64,000 nt of DNA from the NCBI GenBank assembly GCA_030390025.1, contig CM059431.1:103604001-103668000 (forward strand), read 5' to 3'. The DNA is from Squalus acanthias. Taxonomy: Eukaryota. Position numbers and translations under genes: made by a program. The notes beneath the pieces are model-generated. The model saw only the letters and a program-made list of their open reading frames with translations. It ran no database searches and was not told the origin of the DNA. How positions within the stretch are numbered: position 1 is the stretch's first letter; the number at the start of each line of letters is the position of its first letter. Below are positions 1 to 12,029 of this stretch, one piece after another.

Positions 1-183
1 ATGACCCCGCCTCCACAGCTCTCTGGGGAAGAGAATTCCAAAGATTCACGACCCTCTGAGAGAAGAAATTCCTCCTAATTTCCGATTTAAAAGGGTGACC
101 CCTTATTCTGAAATTATGCCCCCTAGTTCTAGATTCCCCCACGAAGGGAAACATCCTCTCTGCATCTACCCTGTCAAGCCCCT
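1..183 (-). mobile_element. CR1-clade LINE 3' ORF2 fragment (runs off window start)
   Basis: Nearly identical to the CR1 copy at 24640-24825; the minus strand encodes the DRVDAERMFPFVGESRTRGH...RNFFSQRVVNLWNSLPQRAVEA-type C-terminus. Confidence 0.85.
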
Positions 184-233
184 TCAATTTTAGCTATGAT
201 TTGTATTTAGAACCAATGATTAATTTCCAACCA

Positions 234-568
234 GAACAACTCGTATTTCTATAACGCCTGTAATGTAGTAAAATGTCCCAACGCACTTCACAGGAGTGTT
301 ATCAAACAAAATTTGACACCAAGTCACATACGGAGATATTAGGACTCTTGGTTAAAGAGGTAGGTTTTAAGCAGCGTCTTAAAGGAGGAGAGAGCAGTAG
401 AGAGGCGGAGAGGCTTAGGGAGGGAATTCCAGAGCTTAGGGCCCAGGCAGCCGAAGGCACGGCCGGCAATGGTGGAGCGATGAAAATTGGCGGGGGCGGG
501 GGTGGGGGGTGGGGGGTGGGGCGGTGCACAAGAGACCAGATTTGGAAGAGCGGCAGAGCGCTCGGAGA
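234..568 (-). mobile_element. L2 LINE 3' end
   Basis: Minus strand encodes GRAFGCLGPKLWNSLPKPLRLSTALSSFKTLLKTYLF (L2 ORF2 C-terminus) followed by a 3' UTR with a (ttg)-like tail; many sister copies in the window. Confidence 0.85.
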
Positions 569-1634
569 TAAAGCTACAAACACAATAACTGTAACCAAAT
601 AGCATCAGTAACCTGAATAGATAATGACAGCCCGTTCTGGAATAGAAGATAACACCGTTTTCACCGATTCCACTGACAAAGAACAACAGGCTATATAGCC
701 CTGTGAAATTGGCCATTTTTATTCTCCCCCCCCACACCCCCCCCCCACATTTTCATCTAGAGAATGGGTACAGTTTCGAACACCAATGGTCTTAATCTTG
801 AACTCCACCAAATAAAACCACCCTCTTGTATGAAAGGATAAATGTTCTGAGAATGCAAAAAAAAAAACGTCAATGTCGAGACGTATGTAAATCACTCGGA
901 TCAGGGCAATGCACAAGTTAGCTCTGTAATATAATTCAAAAATTATTCAACCAAAAATAATCCTTTCATTCTGGGAGGTTGAACAATAAATAACTCAATA
1001 AGCTGATCACAGACTTGAATTATTTATGGCCTGCTAATCATCCATCTCTGCTGTGGTATTGGAATATACTCTCAGATTGACAGCACTCTAAATGTTAATT
1101 AATGCCATTTTATAATAGCTTTTGGGTATCATTGGTACCACGCTGGATTAATTTAAAATCACTCATCTTTGGAAACTGTTGTCACCAGGATGCCATAAAT
1201 GTGCAATTTAGGATTTCAATCTCATTAGATACCAGCCGTTCCACGGGCAAAACCTAAACATAAAGGACGTGTTTTTAATGTTTCAATGTGGCTCACCGTT
1301 CGTCCAATAAAATGCCCTTAGCTCACATTTTGAATCGTATTTTATCATCATTTTATGTAAATGCCTAATGTAAAACAATAAATGGGAAGTGATATAACTG
1401 GGAAAGTAATTCTGAAGATTTCCATAATCTCAAACTACCGCGTGAAAGCACGGTTAAACTGGATGGTGCCGGTTGGACCAGCCATATTAAGTCCTCTGCT
1501 TTCTTTTTGCCTTGTCTCACCTCTCCAAAAGATTATATTTTTGGTTCTCTGTGGAATTGTCTGTTTTCAACCTGTCATGTTTCCTTGCATACATATATTT
1601 GTTTAGCAGAAGATCTTCTCTTGTCTGCCTCTTA

Positions 1635-2215
1635 CAAAGAATAGAGAGGTACCACCAACGCTGCCTCCGCAAGATCCTGCAAATCCATTGGCAGGATAGG
1701 CGCACCAATGTCAGTGTTCTCGCTCAGGCCAACATCCCCAGCATCGAAGCTTTGACCACACTCGATCGCTCCGATGGATGGGCCACATCGTCCGCATGCC
1801 CGATACGAGACTCCCAAAACAAGTGCTCTACTCGGAGCTCCAACACGGCAAGAGAACCCCAGGTGGGCAGAGGAAACGCTTCAAGGACACCCTCAAAGCT
1901 TCCTTGAAAAAGTGCAACATCCCCACCGACACCTGGGAATCCCTGGCCCAAGGCCGCACAAAGTGGAGGAGAAGCATCTGGGAAGGCGCCGAACATCTCG
2001 AGTCTCTTCGCCGGGAGCAAGCGGAAGCCAAGTGCAAACAGCGGAAGGAGCGCACGTCAACCCAAGCACCCCACCCACCCGCCCCTTCAACCACCATCTG
2101 CCCCACCTGTGACAGAGACTGTAGGTCCCGCATTGAACTCATCAGTCACCTGAGAACTCATTTTTCGTGTGGAAGCAAGTCATCCTCAGTTCCGAGGGAC
2201 TGCCTAAGAAGAAGA
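1635..2215 (+). mobile_element. RTE-clade LINE 3' fragment (frameshifted)
   Basis: ERYHQRCLRKILQIHWQDRRTNVSVL...GHIVRMPDTRLPKQVLYSEL...GGQRKRFKDTLK and C-terminal CPTC...HLRTH; ends in a taagaagaag tail. Confidence 0.85.
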
Positions 2216-2219
2216 CAAA

Positions 2220-2740
2220 TAATTACATAGCATGGAAACAGGTCATTAAGCCCAACTGGTCCGTGCCGGTGTTTATGCTCCACACGAGCCTCCTCCCACC
2301 CCTACTTCATCTAACCCCAATCAGCATTACCTTCTATTCCTTTCTCCGCATGTGTTTATCTAGCATCCCCTTAAATGCATCTCTGCTATTCACCTCAACC
2401 ACTCCCTGTGGTAGCGAGTTCCACATTCTCACCACTCTCTGGGTAAAGAAGTTTCTTCTGAATTCCCTGTTGGATTTATTGGTGACTATCTTATAATTAT
2501 GGTCAATGTTCCCTCTAAATTGTCTTTGTTGTGCGCGGCCTGTTTAGTTCAAGGCGCGGCCCCTTTAAATTTCTTCGCATGCGCGGTATTTCAAATGGAA
2601 ACGCTGGTGTGCGGCCTGCGCTGGACCGTGCAGATTACTGCCTGGCTGCGCATGCGTGCAGCTTAGAGGGAGCATTGTTTATGACCCCTAGCTTTGGTCT
2701 CTCCCACAAGTGGAAACGTCTTCTCTACATCTACCCTATC
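2220..2740 (-). mobile_element. CR1 LINE 3' end, interrupted by a MITE at 2504-2677
   Basis: Matches other CR1 tails (accactctctgggtaaagaagttt); the sequence resumes after the insertion. Confidence 0.8.
2504..2677. mobile_element. Short non-autonomous DNA transposon (hAT-like MITE)
   Basis: 15-bp TIRs caatgttccctctaa / ttagagggagcattg; degenerate 8-bp TSD attatggt / tttatgac at a CR1 site whose sister copies read tttatggc. Confidence 0.7.
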
Positions 2741-3150
2741 ACAGATGCCTTAGAAGGGGTATCTTCCCTTGACTGCAACTGCTCTGTATCTTGTGCTTGT
2801 CAAAATGGAAATGCAGCGGTATCCACACGGCCAGCAAATGTCACTCTCAACGCTCCGCAGTAGAGTTTCGACAGGACTACCGCAGCTGATGTCGAAACAA
2901 CTCAGCCGGTAATTGCAGCCTTGAGATTTGTCATGCTAAATGTTTCTTTTGTTAGCTGTATAATCAATGCATTTGTCTCAGTTACCTCACTAGGAGGTAT
3001 AGCACATCGGGGAACCCTGACTCAAAGATAATGGGGCTGTGGTGGTGGCGGCAGGGGGGGGGAGGGGGGGTGTCATTGGCACCAACTGCAGGAGGAAAAG
3101 ATTTGATCCTTTCTCTGTGAAAGGCCAAGCGGATCTCTGACCTGGTGCCT

Positions 3151-3631
3151 GAAAGAAAGTCTTGCATTTCTACAGCGCCTTTCACGACCTCAGGACGTCC
3201 CAAAGCGCTTTACAGCCAATGAAGTACATTTTTGAAGTGTAGTCACTGTTGTAATGTAGGAAACGCGGCAGCCAATTTGCGCACAGCAAGCTCCCACAAA
3301 CAGCAATGTGACAATGACCAGACAATCTGTTTTTTTTGTGACGTTGATTGAGGGATAAATATTGGCTCCAGGACACCGGGGATAACTCCCCTGCTCTTAT
3401 TTGAAATAGTGGCCGCGGGATCTTTTACGTCCACCTGAGAGAGCAGACGGGGCCTCGGTTTAGCGTCTCATCCGAAAGACGGCACCTCCGACAGTGCAGC
3501 GCTCCCTCAGCACTGCGCTGGGAGTGTCAGCCTAGATTTTTGTGCTCAAGACTCTGGAGTGGGGACTCGAACCCACAGCCTTCTGACTCAGAGGCCAGAA
3601 GAGAGTGCTACCCACTGAGCCACAGCTGGCA
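3151..3631 (-). mobile_element. tRNA-headed DeuSINE (SacSINE1/AmnSINE1-like Deu domain), full length
   Basis: Minus strand has A-box tggctcagtggg, B-box ggttcgagtccc, the conserved Deu core (attgctgtttgtgggagcttgctgtgcgcaaattggctgccgcgtttcc) and an L2-like tail aggcgctgtagaaatgcaag. Confidence 0.85.
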
Positions 3632-4792
3632 AGCGTTCATTTATAATGCCGTTTGTTACAATGGGAAATAATAACTATGATTGTTGCTGCGAAGATTTGT
3701 CACCCGAAGCCAATACCTTTGAATCACTTAAATAATTGCCATTTGATGAGTGGCACATCAAAGGTTGTTCACCCTCTTGTATCTTTTTAACATCTTTTGT
3801 CGGCTCCCTATTTTCCATGACTCTTGTGACTGACATTAATGATTGCTGCCTGACACGGGACATGACTCATGAGTTCATCCTCATTATAGCACAACCCTCA
3901 AGAGCTTGGCACTTTGCTTGCTTTAATGAGATGCGCACTGTAGCAACAGTCGCCTAACATAGCACATAATATGACGTGAAACAATTGGAATCCAACGCCC
4001 AGTTGTCTTACTACAGATGGCATTGTAACTGAGGGGCTTCTAATGAGGTCGGGATTTACTTGACACTGCATTTCATCCCCCAGTGTGAGCAGAATAACCC
4101 CCCTGTTACATTAAGTGATATTTTCATCCTTCATGCTCTCAAGCTTCTTAAGACGATACTGCCAAATTGAGTGGCTGCATGCTGGGGCTACAGACCGAGA
4201 TCAAAATGCCAGATCTTAATAAATTTTTGAATTTGGTAACCATTAGTGAGAAAGTTCCTTTTATCTTTTTTTTTTAGGTGGTGGCGGGGGAGGTCAGATT
4301 CCACGTTATAAAAGTGTACTGAAACTAGAAACTCCACTAAGTCCCATGTTCCACTTCTTGTCATTGAATCATGGAAATTGCAGCGCTGAAGAAGGCAATT
4401 TGGCCCATTGAGATCCTTGTGCGTTAGTGTGTCAGCCGTGGCTCAGTGTGGTAGAGTCAGAAGGTTGTGGGTTCAAGTCCCACGCGAGTGAATTGAGCGC
4501 AAAAATCTCGGCTGACACTCCTGTGCAATACTGAGGGAGTGCTGCACTGTCAGAGGTGCCGTCTTTCAGGTGAGATGTTAAACCGAGGCCCCCGTCTGCT
4601 CTCTCAGGTGGACATGAAAGATCCCACGGCCACTATTTTGAAGAAGCACAGCGGAGTTACCCAGGTGTCCAGGCCAGTAATTATCCCTCAATCAACATCA
4701 CTAAATACAGATCACCTGGCCATTATCACATTGCTCTTTGTGGGAGCTTGCTGTGTGCAAATTGGCTGCCGCGTTTCCTACATTGCAACAGT

Positions 4793-7246
4793 GGGCTGGA
4801 TTTTGTGAATGGAGACGAGTTGGAGGCGGGACTGCTGCTTGTCGTGTCAATGTCCCGCCTCCATCCTCGCCTGACCAACCAGAGGGATTTTCCCCTGATT
4901 GAGCTTGTTAAGCCCACCCTGCGGGCTCAGCAGGCCAATTAGGGAGGAAGTCACTGACAGAGCACGTCAACGTCAGACATGCTATCTGTCAAGACTTCTT
5001 GAAAGAAGAAATGACAGTGTTTGACAGCTCTGTGAAGCTGTCAAACACTGACATTCTCTATAGTTTGATGAGACCTTGTGTTCAGGACTCATCAAACCTT
5101 TCAGATTTGTTGATTTCACATGGCTGTTGGTTCGAAGGTTCCAACAGCCAGTCTGTGAAATCGACAAGGAGGATGTCGGGTCTCCCGATCCAGCGTGGCT
5201 GAAGGCTGTAGGAAGAAAACAAGATAAGTGAACATTTTTTAAAACTTCTCACTCACCTTGCATACTTACCACTCCACACTTGCACCCATCACTCACCTCT
5301 ACATCTTACTTCCAGGTGCCTCCGACCGCCGCAGACCTCCTCCACGTCTCCTCTGTAGTGGGTGGTGGTTTGTGTCAGCTTCCCCTCTGACTTCTGAGCT
5401 GTTCGAATCGCTCCCACTCCCTTGGTTCTAGACCTTGAACTTATTTGGGGGTTGTGATAAAAAGTGCAGCAGGCAACTGAGTTTGATGCAAGAACTTTGA
5501 TCTTTATTTAAGAAAGTAAAACACAACACAAACACTCTTAACACTCTAAAAGTGGGGAACACTTCGGTACAAGCGAGGGAAATAACATTAGGAGAATACT
5601 TCACCCCTCCCAATCCCACTTCACTAGCTAGGTTGGACTCTAGAGGACCAGGGATGATACTCACCAGAATCCTTGACAGTTGGGTTAGTTCGCGGTTTTG
5701 GGGTTCACTCTATATGTCAGTTGGTGTCTGCCGTACCCCGTACGCGGTAGAGGACTTCAACTGCGTATCTGGTCAGTCTTCGCGAGTCCGCTGATGCGGT
5801 AGGGTACGTATTGGATTTATCAGGTGAGTACCCACTTTTCTTTGGTTTAGAATTAGGGTTTAGAGTTTTTTAAGGAAAAATCTTACCCAGGGGTAAGTCA
5901 GGAGTAGATTGTAGAGTGGAAACTTTGCGGTTCTTCGGGTTTTCTTCGAGTTGGTTTTCTTGGGTCGTGGTGGCCCAATTGTTGATACTTGGTGTTTGGT
6001 TGGTTGTTTCTTGAGGGCCTTGTTGCCGCGAGGTGTCCGATGGTCACTGAGGCGGTCGTTCTGGGTTCTTCTCGTGTCAGCCTACTTTGTTGGATGGTCT
6101 GGCCTTCGAGCTGTCGACCTCCTGGCTGGACACGGAACGCTGAACGGTGTTGGTTTTAGAACTGTGTTGCGGCGAATGCCTCCGTTGATGTCTTCTTGTT
6201 CTTCCTTCCTCTTCTTCTTTTTCAGGTTGAGAATGGGCCTTCAATTATACCCATCGAAGGTTCCTTATCTGCGCGGCAAATCAGGCCCCGGTCTTTGTTA
6301 GTTTTGGCGGGCTCGTTAACGGTAACGATTTTAGTAATGTGTTAACTGGTTTAAAACAGGCCTTCAATCTCACCCATTGAGCATGGCCTTATCTGCGCGT
6401 CCCAAATCTTGTCCTGCTCTTTGTGAGGTTTTGGCGGGCTCGTTACCAGTAACTGTTCTGTAAGTGTCAAATGGCTTTTGGGATGGCTTGCATCCTGTCG
6501 ATCTCCTCGGTTGATTACAGGTGATTGGTTTTGTGTTTGGTTTTCTTGGTTGGGCCTGTAATTTCTATAGGGTAAGCCGAAGTAATTTGTTTTATGCATG
6601 TCTTAATGGGCTCTGTAGCTTGGGGTGGAGACTGGTTCTCCTCGGGTTTATTGTTAGGATGTTAATGTCTGATAGGGGCCGAGTTAAACTCCCAGCGAGA
6701 TCATGTGGTCCCCCAGACAGTTCCCATTAGCTCCAATACCCAAACTGGTTTTACAGAGGTTGAACCCACCTTCCTTCACAGCCTTTTCTCCCTTACAAGT
6801 CCAGACATGTCTTTTAAAATCCCAAATCCTGGTTTTTGCTCAAAAGGTCCTTCGGTTTAGGCCCAATGCACTTCACCACCCTGTAATAGCTAGACAAGAG
6901 TCCAAAGTCTTTTTCCTTAGGGTTTTCTTAGAGTTCGGGGGATCTGTGAATTTTGAGAATCTTACACCTCTAACCCGGCGGGGTTCTCTGAGGTCGGGAA
7001 GCCTTCACCTGTGAAGGTCAAATGGCACTAATCCTTTTTTCTGCCACAGTTAACAGGCAGTTAAAAGGATTAAGTGCCTTTCCCGCCTCCAGGAGACGGG
7101 ACCCGAAGCAGCACATCTTCCCGCCTCCTGGCAAAAGGGCACGGAGGCGGGATGGGGGCGGGTTTGCCATCCGCCCCCACTTTCTCCGAGTTTACCAGCT
7201 GTCCCGCCTCCATGCCCGCCTCCTCGGGGCTTGGAAAATCCAGCCC
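4793..7246. mobile_element. Non-autonomous PIF/Harbinger-type DNA element (contains a solo LTR)
   Basis: TIRs gggctggatttt / aaaatccagccc; 3-bp TSD agt/agt. Confidence 0.75.
5354..6966 (-). mobile_element. Long (1613 bp) solo LTR
   Basis: tgta...taca termini and 4-bp TSD cctc/cctc; on the minus strand a TATA-like gggtataattg (~6250) lies upstream of aataaa (~5505); internal direct repeat gttttggcgggctcgtta at ~6301 and ~6428. Confidence 0.75.
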
Positions 7247-8425
7247 AGTGACTCCACTTCAAAGGTACTTCATTGGCTGCAAAGTGCTTTGCAACGTCCT
7301 GAGGTTGTGAAAGGCGCCGTAGAACTTCAGGTCCTTCTTTCCTTTTATTCTTTTCCTGTGTATTACGCTCAAGAACAATTTTCACCGTGACGTATTTTAA
7401 TGGCCTTTCTTACAACTTAAAAAAAAACTTGTTTTTTTTTAGCTCTACACCTCGGTGCACATTCCAATGCATAATTCACACTCCAACCCTGACCTGTACT
7501 TGGTATAGTTCCAAGACTCTCATTTAAAAGTATTTGCGGTTGCAGTACAGCTTTGATTGAAGCAACACCTTATGGTGAGTTCTTAGTACATCGGCACCAT
7601 GCTCAATTATGAAGTACATAGTGACAAATAACTTTTCATGGGTGACTTCACTTCTCGTTGTTTCCAGTAAATGGCTGATACTTTTTTATGACATGCATTC
7701 AGTAATTAGCCTGGCTGGTACCAGACGTGGGCTAGCGGCAACCAGAACTGACAGACAGAGGTCACTCCTAGGAGGCTCCGCAACAGATGGTGTACAGATT
7801 GGTGTTGGAAGTGAAATTTTATGTGAATAAGACATTAAGGTCTACGTTTCATTTGTTTTGTATTGAGATTGGTGAACTCTTCGAAGGAAACAAATTCAAT
7901 TTTCATGCATCTTTCATGCCTCGATTCCCCCCAAAAATGTGATTTGGTTTTAGAGCTGCTGTATTTATGCCCTTCATTGGATGGGATAAAAAAAAATTGG
8001 CTAGTAAGGGAGCACTTTCTCATATTATCATGCTGCGCGTAGCTCAACATTCCTATTTTAATTTCAGTCAATGAGAACTGTCTTTGTGAACATAAATTTC
8101 AGAAATTGCAATAAATTATAACTGTCATTGACTACTTATAATTTACAAATAATGCATCATAAAGGGCAATATGACATAGAATCTACAGCACAGAAACAGG
8201 CCATTCGGCCCAACTGGTCCGTGCCGGTGTTTATGCTCCACACCAGCCTCCTCCCACCCCTCTTCATCTCACCCTGTCAGCATAACCTTCTATTCCTTTC
8301 TCCCTCATGTGTTTATCTATCTTCCCCTTAAATGTATCTCTGCTATTCGCCTCATCTACTCCCTGTGGTAGCGAGTTACACATTCTCACCACTCTCTGGG
8401 TAAAGAAGTTTCCTTAATTGGATAT

Positions 8426-10167
8426 GATGCCACTACAGACTTCTTGCAGAAACTCAGCACCCATGGACCAGTTGAACCAGGAACACTCCTCGCCACGATG
8501 GACGTATCGGCACTCTACACCAATATCCCCCACAATGACGGCATCGCTGCGACAGCCTCAGTACTCAACACCAACAACAGCCAATCTCCAGACGCCATCC
8601 TACAACTCATCCGCTTCATGCTTGACCACAATGTCTTCACCTTCGACAACCAGTTTTTTACCCATGGGGACCAAATTCGCACCCCAATATGCCAACATCT
8701 TCATGCACAAGTTCGAGCAAGACTTCTTCGCTGCACAGGACCTCCAGCCAACGCTGTACACCAGATACATCGACGACATCTTCTTCCTTTGGACCCACGG
8801 CGAAGGATCACTGAAAGGACTACACGATAACATCAACAGGTTCCATCCCACCATCAAACTCACCATGGACTACTCCTCAGAATCGGTTTCATTCTTGGAC
8901 ACACGAATCTCCATCAAAGATGGACACCTCAGCACTTCACTCTACCGCAAGCCCATGGACAACCTCACGATGCTCCACTTCTCCAGCTTCCACCCTAACC
9001 ACGTTAAAGAAGCCATCGCCTATGGACAAGCCCTGCGAATACACAGGATCTGCTCAGACGAGGAGGAACGTGATGGACACCTACGGACGCTGAAAGACGC
9101 CCTCATAAGAACGGGATATGACGCTCGACTCGTCGATTGACAGTTCCGACGGGCCACAGCGAAAAACCGCATAGACCTCCTCAGAAGGCGAACACGGGAC
9201 ACAACCAACAGAGTACCCTACGTCGTCCAGTACTTCCCCGGAGCGGTGAAACTACGCCATGTTCTTCGCAGCCTTCAACATGTCATCGATGACGACGAAC
9301 ACCTTGCTAAGGCCATCCCCACGCCTCCACTACTCGCCTTCAAGCAGCCACCTAACCTCAAAAGTACCATCGTTCGCAGCAAATTACCCAGCTGTCAGGA
9401 GAACAGCGACCACGACACCACACAACCCTGCCACGGCAAGCTCTGCAAGACATGCCAGATCATCAACACAGATACCATCATCACACGTGAGGACACTACC
9501 CACCAGGTACATGGTACATACTCATGTGACTCGGCCAACGTTGCCTACCTCATACGTTGCAGGAAAGAATGCACTGCGGCATGGTACATTGGCGAGACCA
9601 TGCAGACACTGAGACAACGTATGAACGGACACCGCGCAACAATCGCCAGGCAGGATTGTTACCTCCCAGTCAGGGAACACTTCAGCAGTCAAGGACATTC
9701 AGCCTCGGATCTGCGGGTTAGCGTTCTCCAAGGCGGCCTTCGAGACACACGACAACGCAAAATCATCGAGCAGAAACTGATAGCCAAGTTCCGCACCCAT
9801 GAGGACGGCCTCAATAGGGATCTCGGGTTCATGTCATGCTACAGAACGTGACTCGACAGCTTTGTCTGTCTTTCCAGTTTAAAAAAAAACACAAAAAAAA
9901 AGTTAAAAGCTTAACTGCAGACGGCAGCATTTGACACGTTGGACCCCCTGTGACCCACCTCATTGTCTTAGCTGTACTCTGATGTGTCTTTGATGTAATG
10001 CCTCCCTAACAGATTGTATCTCTGCAGACAAATTGTTCTCTGTGTATATATACTGTGTAATAGATTCCCTCACTGTACCTTTACCTGAAGAAGGAGCGGA
10101 GCTCCGAAAGCTCGTCATTTTAAATAAAACTGTTGGACTATAACCTGGTGTTGTGCGACTTCTCATT
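8426..10167 (+). pseudogene. Penelope-like element (RT + GIY-YIG), 5'-truncated and decayed
   Basis: MDVSALYT, MGTKFAPQYAN, RYIDDIFF, VAYLIRC...WYIGET; a small deletion/frameshift near 8660 and a stop at 9138-9140 relative to the copy at 30016; flanked by ttaattggatat on both sides. Confidence 0.92.
10082..10116 (+). ncRNA. Minimal type-I hammerhead ribozyme motif (slightly degenerate) in the Penelope terminal repeat
   Basis: CTGAAGA-A-GGAGC(gga)GCTCC-GAAA-GCTC; stem I is poorly paired compared with the 32183 copy. Confidence 0.6.
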
Positions 10168-10599
10168 TTAATTGGATATATTAGTGATTATCTTATATTT
10201 ATGGCCCCTAGTTCTGGTCTCCCCCAAAAGTGGAAACATCTTCTTTCTGTGTCTACCCTATCAAAACCTTTCGTAATTTTAAGGACCTCCATTAGGTCAT
10301 CCCTCCTCCTTCTCTTTTCCAGAGAATAGAGCCCGAGCCTGTGCAGCCTTTCCTGATAGGTACAACATCTCAGTTCTGGTATCATCCTTTTAATACTGAC
10401 TCTCTGTAGATGCCAGCCCCCATTGCCTGCTTTTTTTTTTAGAAATTCACAAGTGGCAGAGATCAAGAAGACCGATCTCCACCTGATTTCCCCACGGTGC
10501 CCACAACCCCCCCCCCCACCAGGTTACAGGTTTAGCCGTTCCCTATAATACATTTAGATGCTCTGCTTTTGCCACTGTGAACGCAACAAAGACGTTTAA

Positions 10600-10770
10600 A
10601 GAAAGAAAAAGAAAGAAAGACTTGCATTTCTATCGCGCCATTCACAACCCCAGGATGTCTCAAAGCGCTTTACAGCCAATGAAGTACTTTTTGAAGTGGA
10701 GTCATTGTTGTAATGTAGGAAACGCGGCAGCCAATTTGTGCACAGCAAGCTCCCACAAACAGCAATGTGC
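10600..10770 (-). mobile_element. DeuSINE 3' fragment
   Basis: (aaag)n tail plus the Deu 3' region, same as 3151-3310. Confidence 0.8.
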
Positions 10771-10867
10771 TAACAAGGTTGATGTCGCTTATATTACAAT
10801 TATATCGTCAATTCAATTTAATTTTAGTGAAGATTCATATGTAGAACCAATGATTAATTTCCAACAG

Positions 10868-11378
10868 TCACAACAACTTGTATTTATATAGCGTCTTTAA
10901 CGTAGTTAAACATCCCGCGGCACTTCACAGGAACGATTATGAAACAAAATTTGAGAAGTCGCACAACACCAGGTTATAGTCCAACAGCTTTATTTGAAAT
11001 CACAAGCTTTCGGAGCGCTGCTCCTTCGTCAGGTGAAGCGAGCAGCACTCCGAAAGCTTGTGATTTCAAATAAAGCTGTCGGACTATAACCTGGTGTTGT
11101 GCGACTTCTCACATTTGTCCACCCCAGTCCAACACCGGCATCTCCGCATCAAACAAAATTTGACACCGAGCCACATAAGGAGATATTAGAACAGGTTTTT
11201 AAGGAGCGTCTTAAAGGCGATAAGAGAGGAAAAGAGGCGGAGAGGTTTAGGGAGGGAATTTCAGAGCTTGGGGCACAGGCAGCTGAAGGCACGGCCGCCA
11301 ATGGTGGAGCGATGAAAATCAGGGGGATGTGCAAGAAGCCAGAATTGGAGGAGCGCGGAGATCTGGGAGGGTTGTAGA
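10868..11378 (-). mobile_element. L2 3' end interrupted by a Penelope-derived mini-element
   Basis: The L2 tail resumes at aaacaaaatttgacaccgag (11151). Confidence 0.8.
10952..11150. mobile_element. Non-coding inverted pair of Penelope terminal repeats, with an intact hammerhead motif on the minus strand
   Basis: 10952-~11025 is the reverse complement of ~11040-11111, and both arms match the Penelope 3' ends (ggactataacctggtgttgtgcgacttctca); the minus strand at 11037-11000 reads ttcac CTGACGA a ggagc agc gctcc GAAA gctt gtga. Confidence 0.85.
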
Positions 11379-12029
11379 GCTTCTGCTACACTTGGGCAGG
11401 CTGAGCAAGTGGCAGCAATCCCATTCGCCTACAGCCTGACTCCATTCTCCAAGCAAGCCCAGAGTAAAATGTCAGATACAATAACATAATTATTTGCTAT
11501 GTCAATGCCACTTCGCCAGAGGTCCCAGCTGGGTAAGATAGTTGCCCAGGCAAATATTTAAAAAAAAAAATTCAATATAACCTCATTTAAAGTAAATAAA
11601 TGGAATTGCACTGTTTCTGTAACCCGTTCAAACTAATTCTATTTCGGTTCCTCAAATTTCCTTCAGTATATCTACATTTTTCAGCTGATGGAATATTTTG
11701 CTCTTTCTTAAGATGGTTAAAACTGACACAAATGCTGCCGTAGCCGAAACGAGCCGATTCGTGGCCTCAGTTTAAGGGTAAGATCATTCTGACTTCATTT
11801 TGTATTTTAATTTATGAACAGACAGAGAGCTCAGTAAATGAGCTTCAGCATCTATGAAGAAGTGAATATGAATTTAAAATTCTCAAAGGGATTGACCAAA
11901 AATATCACAAACAATTACATTTCCAATGCCAAAGCTCAAGAGCCGCTGACTGCTTTTGGACTGTAATAGTTGCTTTGCAAATATTTTCTTTGATTTCAAA
12001 GTTGCAATGCCGGATGAATCCTATTACGT

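Larger units (their letters stand above)
4428..7345 (+). mobile_element. DeuSINE split into 4428-4792 and 7247-7345 by a nested insertion
   Basis: The SINE breaks at ...cattgcaacagt and resumes at agtgactccacttcaaaaggtac; agt is duplicated. Confidence 0.85.
8172..10392 (-). mobile_element. CR1 3' fragment (8172-8425 and 10168-10392) split by a Penelope insertion
   Basis: CR1 tail sequence on both sides; minus-strand peptide MIPELRCCTYQERLHRLGLYSLEKRRRRDDLMEVLKI. Confidence 0.8.

Noticed and set aside
615..705. Possible minus-strand exon (GYIACCSLSVESVKTVLSSIPERAVIIYS)
   Set aside because: Weak donor (gttact), unrecognised peptide and no partner exons.
3675..3863. 62-aa ORF with protein-like composition
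   Set aside because: Short, no recognisable motif or splice context; expected by chance.
11685..11785. Exon-like segment ending in AGG|gtaaga
   Set aside because: Stops in all three frames from either candidate acceptor.
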